Assembly (NCBI RefSeq): GCF_963676685.1
Contig: NC_092353.1
Coordinates: forward strand, 29,140,001-29,204,000
Source of the DNA: Mytilus edulis
Taxonomy: Eukaryota
Reading direction: 5' to 3'
Length of the DNA stretch: 64,000 nucleotides
Of the stretch, positions 1-13,040 are shown one piece after another (within the stretch, counting starts at the first letter, position 1; each line of letters opens with the position of its first letter). A program made the position numbers and the translations under genes. A model generated the notes under the pieces. It did not search any database and was not told the DNA's origin. It was given only the letters and a program-made list of their open reading frames with translations.

Positions 1-1176
1 TATGGTCTCCAGTATATGTATACACGGTGTCCAACATTTCTTGCATTTCTGTATGCTCATTTGAGAGTAAGACGATATCGTCAGCACATGTAGGGCATCC
101 TGCGTAGGTGTTCCCAATCGAGATACCGATTCCATGTTTTTCTAGATTGCATAGTAGCTCATTGATATATTGTTTATAGAGATGAGTTGACAAGACTCCA
201 CCTTGTCTTACGCCCTGTTCAATCATAAAGCTAAAGCTTTGATCTCCTTGCCATTTCACAGTAGATGTTATATCCTCATATAGATCTTCGATTATGTCCC
301 AGAACTGAATATCCATGCCAAGAAAATACATTTTGTCCAATAATATTTGATGGTTAACAACATCGAATGCTTTTTGGCTATCAAGAGTCGTAATAAATAG
401 TAATTTTTTCTTTCCTGTAATTTCAGAGCACACTTCAGATAGAATAAGTGAGGCCATATTTGGGGAGAGCCCTTCAGTAAATCCAAACTGCATATTAGAT
501 TGATTCATTTTGCGTATTTTAGCTTTTTCTATAAGTACATATTCAAAAACTTTGCCATGGATAGACGTGACAGTGATGCCTCTATAGTTTTCTGTATACA
601 TCGCATTTTTTCCTTTCTTCAGGACAGGTGTAATTACTCCAGTCTTAAATGACTTTGCTACTTTGTCTTCTTCCAGAATTTGTTTTAAAATGGTTTGGTA
701 AGCAATAAGTGCTTCATCTCCAGTATGTTTTATATGTTCTGCTCTTATCCCATATTCATCTGCTGTCTTGCCATTTTTGAGTTTTAGTATAGCTTTCTTC
801 ATTTCATCCTTGGATACATCAATTTTCCTTTTTCTTTCTGACTTTGATACTTTCTTGATAATATCATATCTTCTTTGGCTATTTTGCATTAATTGATCAT
901 TAAATTCTGGTTGGTTTTGTGGGGTGGCTAGTTCCTTAAAATATTCAGCAAAGATTTGTCTTTGTTCATTTGAGGTTGAAGCTATTTGTTCCTTTTTCAT
1001 AATATATTCTGATACAGAGGATTTTACCGCTGACTGATTTCGTTTTAATAGGTGAAAGAAGGTTTTGTCATTCGGGTCGTGCTTTAGTTTGTCAAAAAAC
1101 TGTTGTCGTTCAATGGCGATTTCATTTCTCTGTTGTTGTCTTAGTATACGCTTTGCTTCTTTCTTAGCAAGAACTC
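1..1176 (-). mobile_element. 5'-truncated non-LTR retrotransposon (LINE) reverse transcriptase, running off the left edge
   Basis: Minus-strand translation gives RT motifs in order: ITPVLKKGK..NYRGITV, QFGF, LDSQKAFDVVNH, GVRQGGVLS, PTCADDIV. No endonuclease domain is seen upstream of ~1176. The ORF track probably omits it because no stop lies inside the window. Confidence 0.92.
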
Positions 1177-2212
1177 CTTATGGTCTAAGTTATTTGAAGT
1201 CACATTTATACATCTACACTCTATCGTCTATTGCAGTTGCAGCGATAGATGCTCGAATAATGTGAATTTAATTTCTTGGTTGATATATGTATTTTATTTA
1301 TTTATTAAATACATATCAATCATAAGCATGTTGCCCGTAACGCCAATTTTTATAATATTTTATATTTGTATCTATTGTGTTTTTTTTATTTTTGTTATGT
1401 ATATATATTAAATATTTTTCATTTTTGATTTATTTTGATTTTCCATCGGATAATTATAATTTATTATTATTAATTATTATTATTATTATTTTCTTAATTG
1501 AATTTACTTCATCAGTCGTTCTGGGTCTGTTTACATAACAGGGTTGATTAATACCACGGAGATGCTCCCAACATACATTTAATCTTAGATCAGCTGGGGG
1601 AGGTCATTGTTCGTTCATATCTTTGATTGAAAGAAACACGGCACATAAATGTGTATTAATGTTCATTAATTAAAGTTTATGTAAGTGTTTATTTCCTTGC
1701 AGCTGCCATTTGTAACTCTATCTCTTATTCTTGACTTATTTATGATGTCTGCAAATTGTTTAACCGCAGTGTTTTGAAATTCTACTTTGTCATGTTATCT
1801 GATAAATCAGACGCGTCAAACTGGAGGTCACTCCTTCCCAACATCGTCTATAGCTATCAGAAATTTTGTTATAGTAGCAGTTGAAACTTTGTATAAACAT
1901 TTGATAAATATGAGTTATTTCTGAATAAAAAATTGCATATTTTTTTAGGATACTTATAAAATACAGAAATTACCGATTATTTAACAAAAAATAATTTGTG
2001 TTTATCTTTTAAAAAAAAAGAAAAAGAAATTACGGCCACAAATGTGAATTTTGAGCAAATATACAAAATTTCGACCTAATTTTACTCAAAAAGTAGCACA
2101 TGAAGGTATATTTTTTATTACAAATATTTGATTTAATCAGGTAAAAAATAGCCTATATGCAAATTTTCATGAACTTGTAAATACAGGCTCAAAACTGTAT
2201 CGTATGCCCTTA

Positions 2213-2527
2213 AACAAACTAGAAGCTCTAAATATCCTGTGTCGCTCAACTTGGTCTATGTGCTGCAGTGCATATAAAACAAAGGACACTCTTCAACATT
2301 AAAAAAAAATAGAATTCATTACAAAAGTCTCTGCTTCGGTGATGGTGAAGTGTTTGTGGATCTTACTTTACATATTACATTCTTGCTGTTTAAAGTTATT
2401 TCTTTCTATAATGAACTTGTTTAAGTTGTTTCAGAGAAGCAGATTTTTGTAAAACTTAATGTAAGACGACGACGGACGCCAAGTGAAAAAAGTTCACTTG
2501 ACCCTTTTGGTCCAGGTGAACTAAAAA
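2213..2527 (-). mobile_element. Short Helentron/DINE-like (pearl-type) non-autonomous element
   Basis: Ends in GACGACGACGGACGCCAAGTG...GTTCACTTGACCCTTTTGGTCCAGGTGAACTAAAAA (microsatellite plus terminal hairpin), the reverse complement type of the terminus at 13245. Confidence 0.55.
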
Positions 2528-2684
2528 GGGATGATTTAAAAATATTTCTTAAAGTGCTTTGAGGAGTTTTCATGAAACTACGGTGACTGGTTTATATAGA
2601 TTAAGGTAACCTCCCTTTAGTTTTTCATATATTTTTTTATATGACATTGAAAAATTAATTATAGATTTCATAACGACTGATAAT

Positions 2685-2804
2685 GGATATCGCTTGATAT
2701 CAACTCGAGTTATTTAATTTTGATATAATAATAAACAAGCCTTCGCCTAGTTGTTATTTCTCATTGAATTAAATAACGAGCAGAGTTGATATCAAGTGAT
2801 ATCC
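2685..2804. repeat. Foldback/palindromic MITE-like hairpin
   Basis: GGATATCGCTTGATATCAACTC..GTTATTTAATT pairs with AATTAAATAAC..GAGTTGATATCAAGTGATATCC. Confidence 0.7.
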
Positions 2805-4129
2805 AATTCTCACAAGTTGCTTAACCTAAATGTCTTAGGGTCAACACTCTCATATTTGAAAACGCGACGGACGTATCATGCATCCATGGCGCAGCTTTTT
2901 TTTTTTTAAACAGAGTGAGAAACCTACTGAACAGCAGAGAAGATTCAGAAAATTCTATGTATAAAAGATATTCTACTAAAAGAGATATGTCCCCAGCCCT
3001 AACGTGTCAGGGGTGAATCAAACCATTCATAAAAGAGGAGGGGGGGGGGGGGGGAGTTCCAACTACATGTTCCCATCCAAATGCATTGATTGGTCAAATC
3101 AAGAGGGATCCAACCCCCCCTGCTGGATCCCCTACTGCATGTCAACTGTCATTCTGTTCTGTTCGCTGTTGTTGTTTTTTTGTCTTGATCTATCACTATA
3201 GATCTTCAGTTTTCCCCTTTGGCATATCACGGGAGTGAGTTTCACTGCTATGAACTACATAAATAAAAATATATATCAGAGTTGGATAACTCTACCCGCC
3301 CTCTTCGGTCGCAACATTTTCTACCTCCTGTATCTATCATATGAGTTTTACTTTAATGAATTTAGTCGTGGAATTAGCAAATAAAGTAGCGTCAGTCAAA
3401 ATGAAAAAAACAAAGTGACAAGTCCAAACCGAGGTCCTAAAAATAAGATGAGAAATGGGACGAACTATGTGATCCAACAAGATAAGCAATTAAAGCGTCT
3501 ACAAAGCCACCACCCGTGCGATTTTATGAATATCATGTTTGGGAATGTGAATCCAAGAAATACGGAGACAGCACACACCAATTCCAATAAAGATCTATCA
3601 GACATAGTCTGAGATTTGACACTCAATATGTTTGTACTGGTTTTATATCCTGAGCTCATTTCAAAATTTAGAATAACATGCCTATTTTATTTTGGTTGGG
3701 GGAGAGGTAGGACTGATGAATTACAACAAAACTATTGACAAAAACCAAATATGACAGACAACCACTAAACTACCATGCATGCAGCTAAACTGACTTGGAT
3801 CATTGGGGGAGAAAAGGGGGGGGGCAAAAATTAGTTGAAAAGGGTGAACTCATCAGATCGATGAATACTGACAACTTTGGTTATCATTTAAAGATTGCTT
3901 TCAAAAATAACAATATTTAGATATCATTGATTTTAAGAGAGGCACTTCATACGTATTCAAGAATCAGTGCTCACCCACTAGATTAGGAATTAAATATGCC
4001 AGGTTATTAAAAAAAAATCGTATTGCAAGATCTTAGCGCTACTGTTTATATTGTACAGCTGATATATATATAAAAGGGCTGATACAGTTGAGGATGAACG
4101 TCTTTTTTTCAATCGTATGCGTTTCTTTA

Positions 4130-4600
4130 ATCTTCATAGGCTAGAGTTACCGGTATATAGTGGGAGGGTTAAGATCTCACATGTTTAATCCCATCAAATT
4201 TTTGCGCCTGTCCTTAAAGTTCGGAACCTCTGGGCTTTGTTTGTATTGATGATTTTTTTTAATTGAAGTTCATTTACAGAGACAGGTATAGGGGGCCCAG
4301 GGGGACGGCGCCTCCCATTTTGTGAGGGAAATTTGGTTCTTTATACAGAGAATCATTGAAGCATGACTGGAGCGGACCCCTCTTATGCTGTCAGTGGGCA
4401 CCCTCTTATGAAAATTTCTGGATCCGCCACTGATTTATATGTTGGAGTTTAGAGAAAGTCCATTTTTATTAAACTAGTACACACTTTTATTTAGGAGCCA
4501 GCTGAGGACAACCTCTGGGTACGGGATTTTGAAGACGCGTTGGTGGACTTCGGCTGCTGTCAGCTCTTTAACATATTCCCAATTTATATTCTCAATTTTA
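4130..4600 (+). repeat. Degenerate copy of interspersed repeat family B, interrupted by a short GGATCCGCCACTG-ended MITE-like insert (~4277-4432)
   Basis: Similar to 54940-55272 (GGGAGGGTT-AGATCTCA, TTTTGCGCCTGTCC, ATTCTCAATTTTAT end). Confidence 0.55.
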
Positions 4601-7424
4601 TATTCTTTTTCTATGAGATTGAAACGAATAACTTCAGTAATTTTTCCACGTTTTTTTTCTTCTGAATTCTAGATTCATCCATAAAAAGCAAATTCCCCAT
4701 TTCCATTCTCAATTTTATGTAAGGTAAAAATACATATGCGATTCATCATATCTCTTTTGGCATAAGAATAAGAAAGCATATAAAATCTTGAAATCTTCTT
4801 TAAAGAGTTAACAGACATATTTTATTAGACTTTATGACCCAATAAAATAACCAAAAACGATTGATTATCATTGCACCATCTATTGATATTATATTGTTTT
4901 TCTAGAAGCATAAATCAAAGGTTTCTGAAATCTTTTTCATATTGTTTTCAATATTTAATTTCTGTGCATATTTATTTGTATTTCAAAGATATCTATGTTT
5001 TCCGATACTTTCAACATAGAAATGATCCCTTCATTGATAAAGAGTAGTCTTAATTTCCCGCGTTTTTTAAACCTTTTATTCAGATGAGTTATTTCCCTTG
5101 GCTAATATAGAACAATCTAAATTAATAAAAGGACCGGGTTTTTAAATAGTTTACCATCATAATAAATTAGGATAAATTACTAGCAAGTGCCTAATAAATC
5201 TGTATAATTTATTTCGACTGTTTATTTAATTCATAAGAATACTACATTTGCATATATTCAGTGCGATCCTCATTCTATTGGGACTTCCTGTCATGGAGTT
5301 ACAGAAAATCTTGAGTCCTGTCTGGACGTCAAAATAAGTTGTAAATGAATAATTAGTGACATGAAAAGAAGTTTAAACGGTAAATTGAAGTAAAAATAAT
5401 GTTTTGTAATTGACGGATAGCGTTTATTCCGACCCAAAACGTCCCTTTTAAAAAAAGTCGGAAAATGCGTTGCATTCCTGTCGCTTCTCTCTTCGAGAGA
5501 AGCTCTACTGTGATAGTCGACTTTGGTATATTTTTACCCCCTTATTGATAGGATTTCAAACTCCTGTGGCAGCACTCGCACCTGGAAAGTTGAAAGGGAT
5601 TTATATATAAACTGTAAGAATTTGTTTCCCAATCCACTATGAATAAAAATGTTTAAAATTTTAAACTGATAAATCTGAGTTTGTAAAAGTAAATAAATTA
5701 AACGTTATAGCTAATTCGCATATTCAGAAATGTATAGTGCTACTTACATAACAGAACTAATATACTGAGTATAACAACCTTCATTTTGTATTAGATATTC
5801 AACCTTCTGCCTATTTTTATCTTTAAAGGTCATCGAACGTTCAAATCTGATCTTTCTTGTTTGATGCACTTTTAGGGCTTTGTCTACTTTGTCCTTATTT
5901 TTTAATTTGTCAATTTTACCAGAGGGAAATAAAACATTTAGCGGGTTAAATGTCTTTGTGGACGCTCAACCATTCACTTAACAGTGGACAGTGGCGTAAA
6001 CACACACAAAAAAGAACAACATGTAAAGATAAGTTGCACATGTATAAACTCAATATATCTTCACGTCCATAAAGACAGCTAACATAAAAACAAAAAACGC
6101 AGATATAACAGTACTCGTAGTTACTGGAAGCTAGTTCAAAGCCAATGACCAGTAACACATGAAACATGCTCTCTTAGAATATTAACCGGTACACGTATAA
6201 TGAATTAATTTCTAAGATGTCATAAACAGTCTGAGAAAGGCACGACATTGTGCCATGACAATATATATGTAAACAGTAACGGCATCATGCAGGATTATGA
6301 GTTCTCGCAACTGTACATGTATCAGTGGTTGACGATGTTACGTGTTTATCTTCTATGTTTTTTGGTAATTATTTTGTTATGAGTTATATGCCGTTAGTTT
6401 TCTTTTGAATTTTTGAATTTCGATTGAATTAGTAACTTTCATATTTTGCATAGTTTTTCTCATTGTTCAAGGGAGTATGTTTGCCTATAATTGCTTACTT
6501 CAACTTCATTTAATACGTTTGTGAATATATCTCTTATTGGCATACCAAATCTCCTTATTTTCATATATGAAGTAATACACATTAATTATGTCGTAATTAT
6601 TCAAAATCAAAAGGTTACTGCCAATAAAAACAATTTCAAAGATCGTATTACTGTGTTAAATTTATAACTTTTAGGCATATTCAAGGGATCAACGAATAAA
6701 CATGAGTCTTAACTTTACGGGCTCTATAAACAACACCATCGTCAAAATTAGGGTGTGATATCCTGTTTTTAATAAGTCAGTGATTTCGTAACAATAAATC
6801 AAATTAAAACCTTTACCAAATTTTACCATGTATACAAAGAATGGATTTATCTTACCGTGTGTTATTTAGACTAATGATATATCGAAGAGATTTTCGACAG
6901 GCAGAGCCAAAAATCATAATCCATTATACTGTGTGCTAGTGACCTTATACGAATTATATGGGGTCAGTAAAGATTAGGGACTTTCCGTTTCGAATTTTCC
7001 TCGGAGTTCAGCATTTTTGTGATTTTACTTTTTTCCATTTGGGTCAGAGCGAATTACTCACACCATATATTATCCTGTTGACTCTTTAGTTTTTTCAAAT
7101 AAAAGGAACGAGTCTCAAATTTATATAACACTTGTGCTACGTTTCAGTGATGCATACAACAACAACTGCTTTTTTTTTTTTAGTGATCGATTAGAAATGA
7201 CCTATATGAGACGAAATACTTATCAAACTGAATAATTGCGATGTTAAACCGAAGTGCAAATACACTATTGATGCACTACGTGCATGAATGATTGACTACT
7301 GGACAAAACAAGTTCAAAATATAGTATCACAAAGAGCATGTTGTAATATTCTCAGTACACCTAGCTATTATTAGTCTGAAATCTTATCAGTAATGTATTG
7401 AACCCTAGACAATAATTATTCTGA

Positions 7425-7457
7425 TATAAATATGAAAATCTCAAGATTATGCTCATT
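7425..7457 (+). promoter_or_regulatory. Core promoter of the inhibitor gene: TATA box and initiator
   Basis: TATAAATA at 7425-7432 lies 30 nt upstream of the A of an Inr-like TCATT (7453-7457), which is about 23 nt before the ATG. Confidence 0.65.
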
Positions 7458-7477
7458 ACTAGCCAAACAGCAAGAAG

Positions 7478-10400
7478 ATGAAGGTCGTTCTGTGTTTCGC
7501 ATTAGTTTTCCTTGGTACGTAATTATTTAATTGTAGCTAAAAGCAGACATTTACTTCACAACAGCTTTGATAAATCTTATGAAATAAGCCATGTGTAGTG
7601 TTATGTTATCATAATCTCCGCTACAAATGAAGAATGGAGGGAGTAGGCGGGAAAATAAAAATGCACATCTCCGTCCATCTGTTTATCCGTCCGCCACACT
7701 ACTTTTGATTTTGGGGAAACAATTAAAAAAACCTTGACTACATATTTGAAATTTGAACATAGTGTTGAACCATAAAAAATACAGGTCAAATTATATTTTG
7801 ACTGTGTTTAACCGTTCAAGATATGTGCCTGTTATAGTTATCTGAAAGTTGTTTAGTTTCAGAACGATAATAATAGATCCACTTTACAAAATCGTTTCTG
7901 GTTATAGATTAATTGAAACTTGCAAAGTTCATTTTTTGACAGTGTACGAAAAAAGATGTAAAATTTACTGTTTAATAGTATACACATTAATATCTTTAAA
8001 AAGGAGATTTGTTTTGTTTCCGTGTTTCAACTAAGATACTTTTTGAAAGTGTCCTTTAAGTTTAAAAAAAAATGTTATGATCCATAAATAAATTCGATTT
8101 TGACAGTATTGGCCTTTAACATTCAGAAAGTATGCTGCTTATAAATTCTAAATTTAAAAATTTATATGGTTCCTAAATAATGAATTATGTACCATTGCAT
8201 GGACATAATCTCCAAAAATTATAAATTAATGTCACAGTTTTGTCATTTACCAATCAAGAATTTTGCCACTATATTTTTTCTCTAAAGTATAATTTGATAA
8301 ATTCCAGTTCTTTATGAAAGTATGTTTTCAACGTTTTAAAAATCGTTTTCAATTTAAACATAACATTATTGACAATAATACAAACGTGCCTAGTATTAAA
8401 GCTCGATTTTAACAAAATAGTAATTTCTGTTCAAGAGTATGCTATTGTTTGGGTATCTGATATTCATCGTCTCCCGATTCTAGTTTCCTTTTTTCAAATG
8501 TTCAAATTCACACTTCTCTGAACATGGACCTTTCGGTCAGTTTCCGACTTCAAGAGAAAAGTTAAAAAAAGGATTACATTCAGTATTAAATAGTAGAATC
8601 TTTATTATGAATCAGTATTTCAAAATCCATTTGTCAGGAAAACATAGAATGTAATTGAAACAAAATGAATTGAACTTACCTGACTTCTCATTTGTTTTTC
8701 CAACGCTTTATCCAAGGGTGACACAATTGTGATAGCAATAAATGTTCTATCACTTAGTTTCAACGATTTGATGTATTCACTTAACTGTAGGATATGTAAT
8801 ATAAGATTAATTTGTGTGTAATCCAATAACATCTTTTGGGAAATCATATTTGTATTTAAGACAAAACACTATTTTAGAATTTGCTAAAAAAATACATTCT
8901 CTTCATTTTACAGTTACAGTTTACGCAGAGCACTGTAGACTAGCCACGGGATGCACTCTGACACAATGTACTCAAGGAACATTGGCTTGTATTGACAGCA
9001 GATGTACATGTGCAACCGACACCGGTAATGGTAAGTTCTAAGAATATTTTGTTGATTTGCACTGTTATTTTTTATTCTTCATTTACACATGAATATAATC
9101 CAACATTCCTAAGGAATAAATCAAACAAAGCCATTTCAGTATGTATGAGGCAGTTACACTATAATAGATTCTTATTTAGTTAAAGATCTCCAAACATTTA
9201 TAAAAGGAATCCTCTGTAACAAAAAAATATATTGATGTTTTTACTAAATTTATGGCATATCAAAATTGTTTTTCCGTAATGCCCGTGTCACACTGTCCCG
9301 ATATTTATATACGATGGACACCCGAATTCGAAAATTGTAAGTTCGTACGAAGTCGGTCCCGATCTCGTTAAAATACCAAAAAGTGACCGAAGCAAGTACG
9401 ATGAATAACGAAGTCTATACGATGGTGCCGAAATTATATACGATAGCAAAAGACGGACATACGAAGGTTTACCGAAGACGGGAATTTAAGCTTCATATAT
9501 CAGCCGAAGCCTACACGATGGATCACGAAGGCTACACGATGGATTACGAAGGCTACACGATGGATTACGAAGGCTACACGATGGATTACGATAATGGCGC
9601 GATAGCCATACGATGTCTAAAAGATACGAACAGAATTTCGACAACATATCGTTTCTGTACAAGTCTGCCATGCATGGCGGGAAATCGATCTTTTTGTCTA
9701 ATTCTTATAAAACTTAGTTTATTATCCCCTCGCCTACTACATGTAAGTTGCGTGTAGATAAAATTGTTATGGACACTCTAAGAACCAAAATGCACAAAAC
9801 TTGGTATGGTGTTACTCGTTAAGAATATCTTAAGCGCTATTGACTTTAAAGTTCAAAGGTCAGGGTCACAGTCTGTGGTAGTTGTAATACAAGGCAATAT
9901 CACCCTTGTGGACACTCTAAAATCAATATGCTTCAAAAGATTTTAACCACATTCGGTATATTGTTCCTCCTTGTATGATCTGACATTTTTTACGTTCAAG
10001 GCCAAAGGTCAAGGTCATGCAGATGGACTTGTTGTTTCTCCTTGAAATAGCATAATACACAGGAAATTGGTTGCTCATTTTTTTACCTGCTGGTTCTAAA
10101 GACAATATTAAAGGTATTTCCAGTTGCTGAATGTTTTGGTTGATTTCTAAAAAAATAGTTTATGTATCAAATATGCATATTCAATTTACCATTTTCTGCA
10201 TGTGTCATATACAAATATAGTGTCCATATTTGTCCCCAATATGTTACATACGAGGGGATGCCACGCTCGGCATTGCCTTGTTTGAACTGTAAAATGTGTG
10301 CACTAGTCTGAATAATCACCCATAATTATGCCCATGTTTACTGATCTATCTTAAATGTAAGGTATGGGTTCGTTGATCCCTTTTATTCAAAAAGAGCTCT

Positions 10401-11705
10401 TTCCAGGAGAATATCATAATAAGATAGACAAAAGGAAGGATGTGGGGAAAGCAACAAATGCGGCAAAATATGACATATAGAAAACAAAATGGTTATGGAG
10501 TAGACATTCGTGTGACAACAACTCAGACGATACATAAAAAATCAGAATAATGAAGAAAAAGTTGGTTTCCCTATATACGCGTACCTGCAGTGTTGGTGTA
10601 CGAGGCGCGTTTATGATTTTCATTATGTTACTTGATATGAAAAATTGACAAAAAATAATATTTTACTTGTAAAAGTAAATCCTGAACCTGTAATAGCTGC
10701 TCTTCTTGTTCCATTTGAATTATTAGAAACAACGCTGTCGCCTTTCTTCCTCTCATAGAATCAGATGATATGAGCTCCATGTTTTGTGAACGTCTTTCTT
10801 AACTGTCGTATTAGACTGACCAGTGCATATCGCTCATGGCACTTTAAATGTATTTTAGCGCGAAAATTAACTTACATTTAGCTGGATTTATTGCCGTCGT
10901 AGTTCCATCTTGTCGCTTCGTACTTTTATTCGATGGCAACACGACGGGATTACGAGATCTTCACGAAGTCGTGTTGCCATCGTAAGACCTTCGGGTATCT
11001 TCGTGATTCATTCGTGTTGACATCGTAATGTCAAAACTGCCCGATGGAAACGATGGAAACACGAATGCAATACGATGTGCAAAGATGCATTCCCGGTGAC
11101 ATTACGATGGTGAGGATGTTGATACGAACTCAATACGAACCCTCAACATCGGACGCACCATCGGGGATTTTTTAACATGTTAAAAAATTTAGAACCATTC
11201 CCGAAGTTGTCCCCTTAAGGCTAGAAAAAGTGGCCGATGGTTCTACGATGGTTAAAGATGGCACTACGAATAGCCCGATATGGATACGATCAGTCCCGAT
11301 TTTGAAAATTTCCATTATCGTGTTGCCATCGGCGTAAAAATCGGGACAGTGTGACGCGGGCATAATGGAGAGTAATAAGGAGCAAAATTTAAAACCAATA
11401 CAGGACTTTGACTATGAATTTTTCACTGTATAATAAACATTTGAATGTTTTTCAATATCTTCAAAAAGTGAAAAGTAAGCGTAACAAATATTTGATTCTT
11501 AATTCATATTCTCAATTATAGATAACATATCACATTTGATATTTCACATATTCTCATTATATACTCTGGGTTTTTTAAACGTATTATTTGCATGAAATAT
11601 CTTCTATTTCTAGCTTGTACCACACGTGATGACTGTCACGCACATTGTCAAAATCATGGAGGACGAGCACATTGTGTCGATGGAAGTTGTAGGTGTCAAC
11701 ACTGA
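7478..11705 (+). CDS. Secreted 12-Cys serine protease inhibitor, cvSI-2-like (MEROPS I84-like), 81 aa; exons 7478-7514, 8914-9030, 11614-11705
   Basis: GT-AG phase-1 introns join to 246 nt: MKVVLCFALVFLVTVYA-EHCRLATGCTLTQCTQGTLACIDSRCTCATDTGNACTTRDDCHAHCQNHGGRAHCVDGSCRCQH*. Hydrophobic signal peptide, then two 6-Cys modules each ending C-x4-C-x-C. Family call is from the Cys pattern and size. Confidence 0.88.
9280..11362. mobile_element. Non-autonomous PIF/Harbinger-type DNA transposon in intron 2 of the inhibitor gene
   Basis: TIRs TGCCCG(T/C)GTCACACTGTCCCGAT at both ends, TAA duplicated on both flanks (9277-9279, 11363-11365), dense subterminal TACGA(T/A)G motifs. Confidence 0.8.
9505..9592. 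repeat. 21-bp tandem repeat (~4 copies) in the transposon arm
   Basis: Unit ATGGATTACGAAGGCTACACG. Confidence 0.9.
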
Positions 11706-11716
11706 AGAGTTTTTAG

Positions 11717-11722
11717 AATAAA
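11717..11722 (+). terminator. Polyadenylation signal of the inhibitor gene
   Basis: AATAAA 11 nt after the TGA stop. Confidence 0.6.
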
Positions 11723-12194
11723 TATTTGATCTTACGTATTGTTGTTTTATGCAATACTATCTGGATATTATATGCCTTGTGTTACAGTGATATCTCTTGG
11801 AATTTAAATGTGCGACTTTTAATTTTAGTTTATTTATATATTTAGGTGTTTTGTATGACGTTCATCTTCACTGAACAAGGACATATTTTAAAGTGCAAGC
11901 TGAAGTACGCCTCTGGGTGCGAGCTCGAGATTGCTGGCTGTTTTGAAAACCTATTGGTGACATTCGGCTGTTTTTGCTCTTTGGTCGTTTTGTTGTCTCT
12001 TTGACACATTCCCTATTTCCATTCTTGATTTTATTTATTTCTACTGTACTCGCTATCATGTTGACTGCTATGGAATATACCTGTATGGAAAGCAACATAC
12101 CTGACACAGATAACCACCGATATGTTCCACTCGCCCAATAATCGAGTTCTAATCTTAACCACCTTCCACGGGGCGCCGAATGGGACTCTTGTGG

Positions 12195-13040
12195 TTTTGT
12201 ACAAAATTCAATTCTGTCATAACAAAATCATTTTTGTCTTACAAAACTATGTGAGACAGACTTGTTTTATTAGAACTTCAATTTTGTGATGACAAAATTT
12301 ATTTTTGTAGACAAAATTATTTTTGTAGACAAAATTCATTTTTGTAGACAAAATTCATTTTTGTCATGACAAAAGTCAATTTTGTCAAAAAGGTATGCAA
12401 ATATAAACTTATTTGCATACAAAATTGACTTTTGTTACCTGATATGGAAATTAAAACACAAAAGTCAATTGTGTGAGACAAAAGTCAATTGTGTGAGACA
12501 AAATTAACTTTTGTGAGACAAAATTGACTTTTGTGAGACAAAATTGACTTTTGTGAGACAAAATTGACTTTTGTGAGACAAAATTCAATTTTGTGAGACA
12601 AAAGTCAATTTTGTATGCAAATTTGTTTAGTTTGGATTCTGTGAACTAATTTGCATACAAAATCGACTTTTGTGAGACAAAATTGACTTTTGTGAGACAA
12701 AATTGACTTTTGTGAGACAAAATTGACTTTTGTGAGACAAAATTGACTTTTGTGAGACAAAATTCAATTTTGTGAGACAAAAGTCAATTTTGTATGCAAA
12801 TTTGTTTAGTTTGGATTCTGTGAACTAATTTGCATACAAAATCGACTTTTGTGAGACAAAATTGACTTTTGTGAGACAAAATTGACTTTTGTGAGACAAA
12901 ATTGACAAAATTGTATTTTGTCTCACAAAATTGAGTTTTGTCTCACAAAATTGAGTTTTGTCTCACAAAAGTTTTGTCTCACAAAATTCAATTTTGTGAT
13001 GACAAAATTCAATTTTGTGATGACAAAATTGGCATTTGTG
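12195..13040. repeat. ~20-bp quasi-palindromic minisatellite array with a 179-bp higher-order duplication and an orientation switch
   Basis: Unit GAGACAAAATTGACTTTTGT; blocks starting at 12601 and 12780 are duplicated; units flip to GTCTC orientation after ~12915. Confidence 0.9.

Noticed and set aside
5484-5504. GCTTCTCTC-TTC-GAGAGAAGC hairpin as a structured RNA or terminator
   Set aside because: Isolated 9-bp stem with no supporting context.
9383-9757. 124-aa ORF with MDYEGYT repeats
   Set aside because: Translation of a 21-bp tandem repeat in a transposon arm.
10628-10780. Short minus-strand frame MELISSDSMRGRKATALFLIIQMEQEEQLLQVQ as a Harbinger transposase leader
   Set aside because: No DDE or Myb motif follows; cannot be supported without a homology search.
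12195-13040. CRISPR-like array
   Set aside because: Units are contiguous or separated by identical, not unique, spacers; no cas genes; eukaryotic context.
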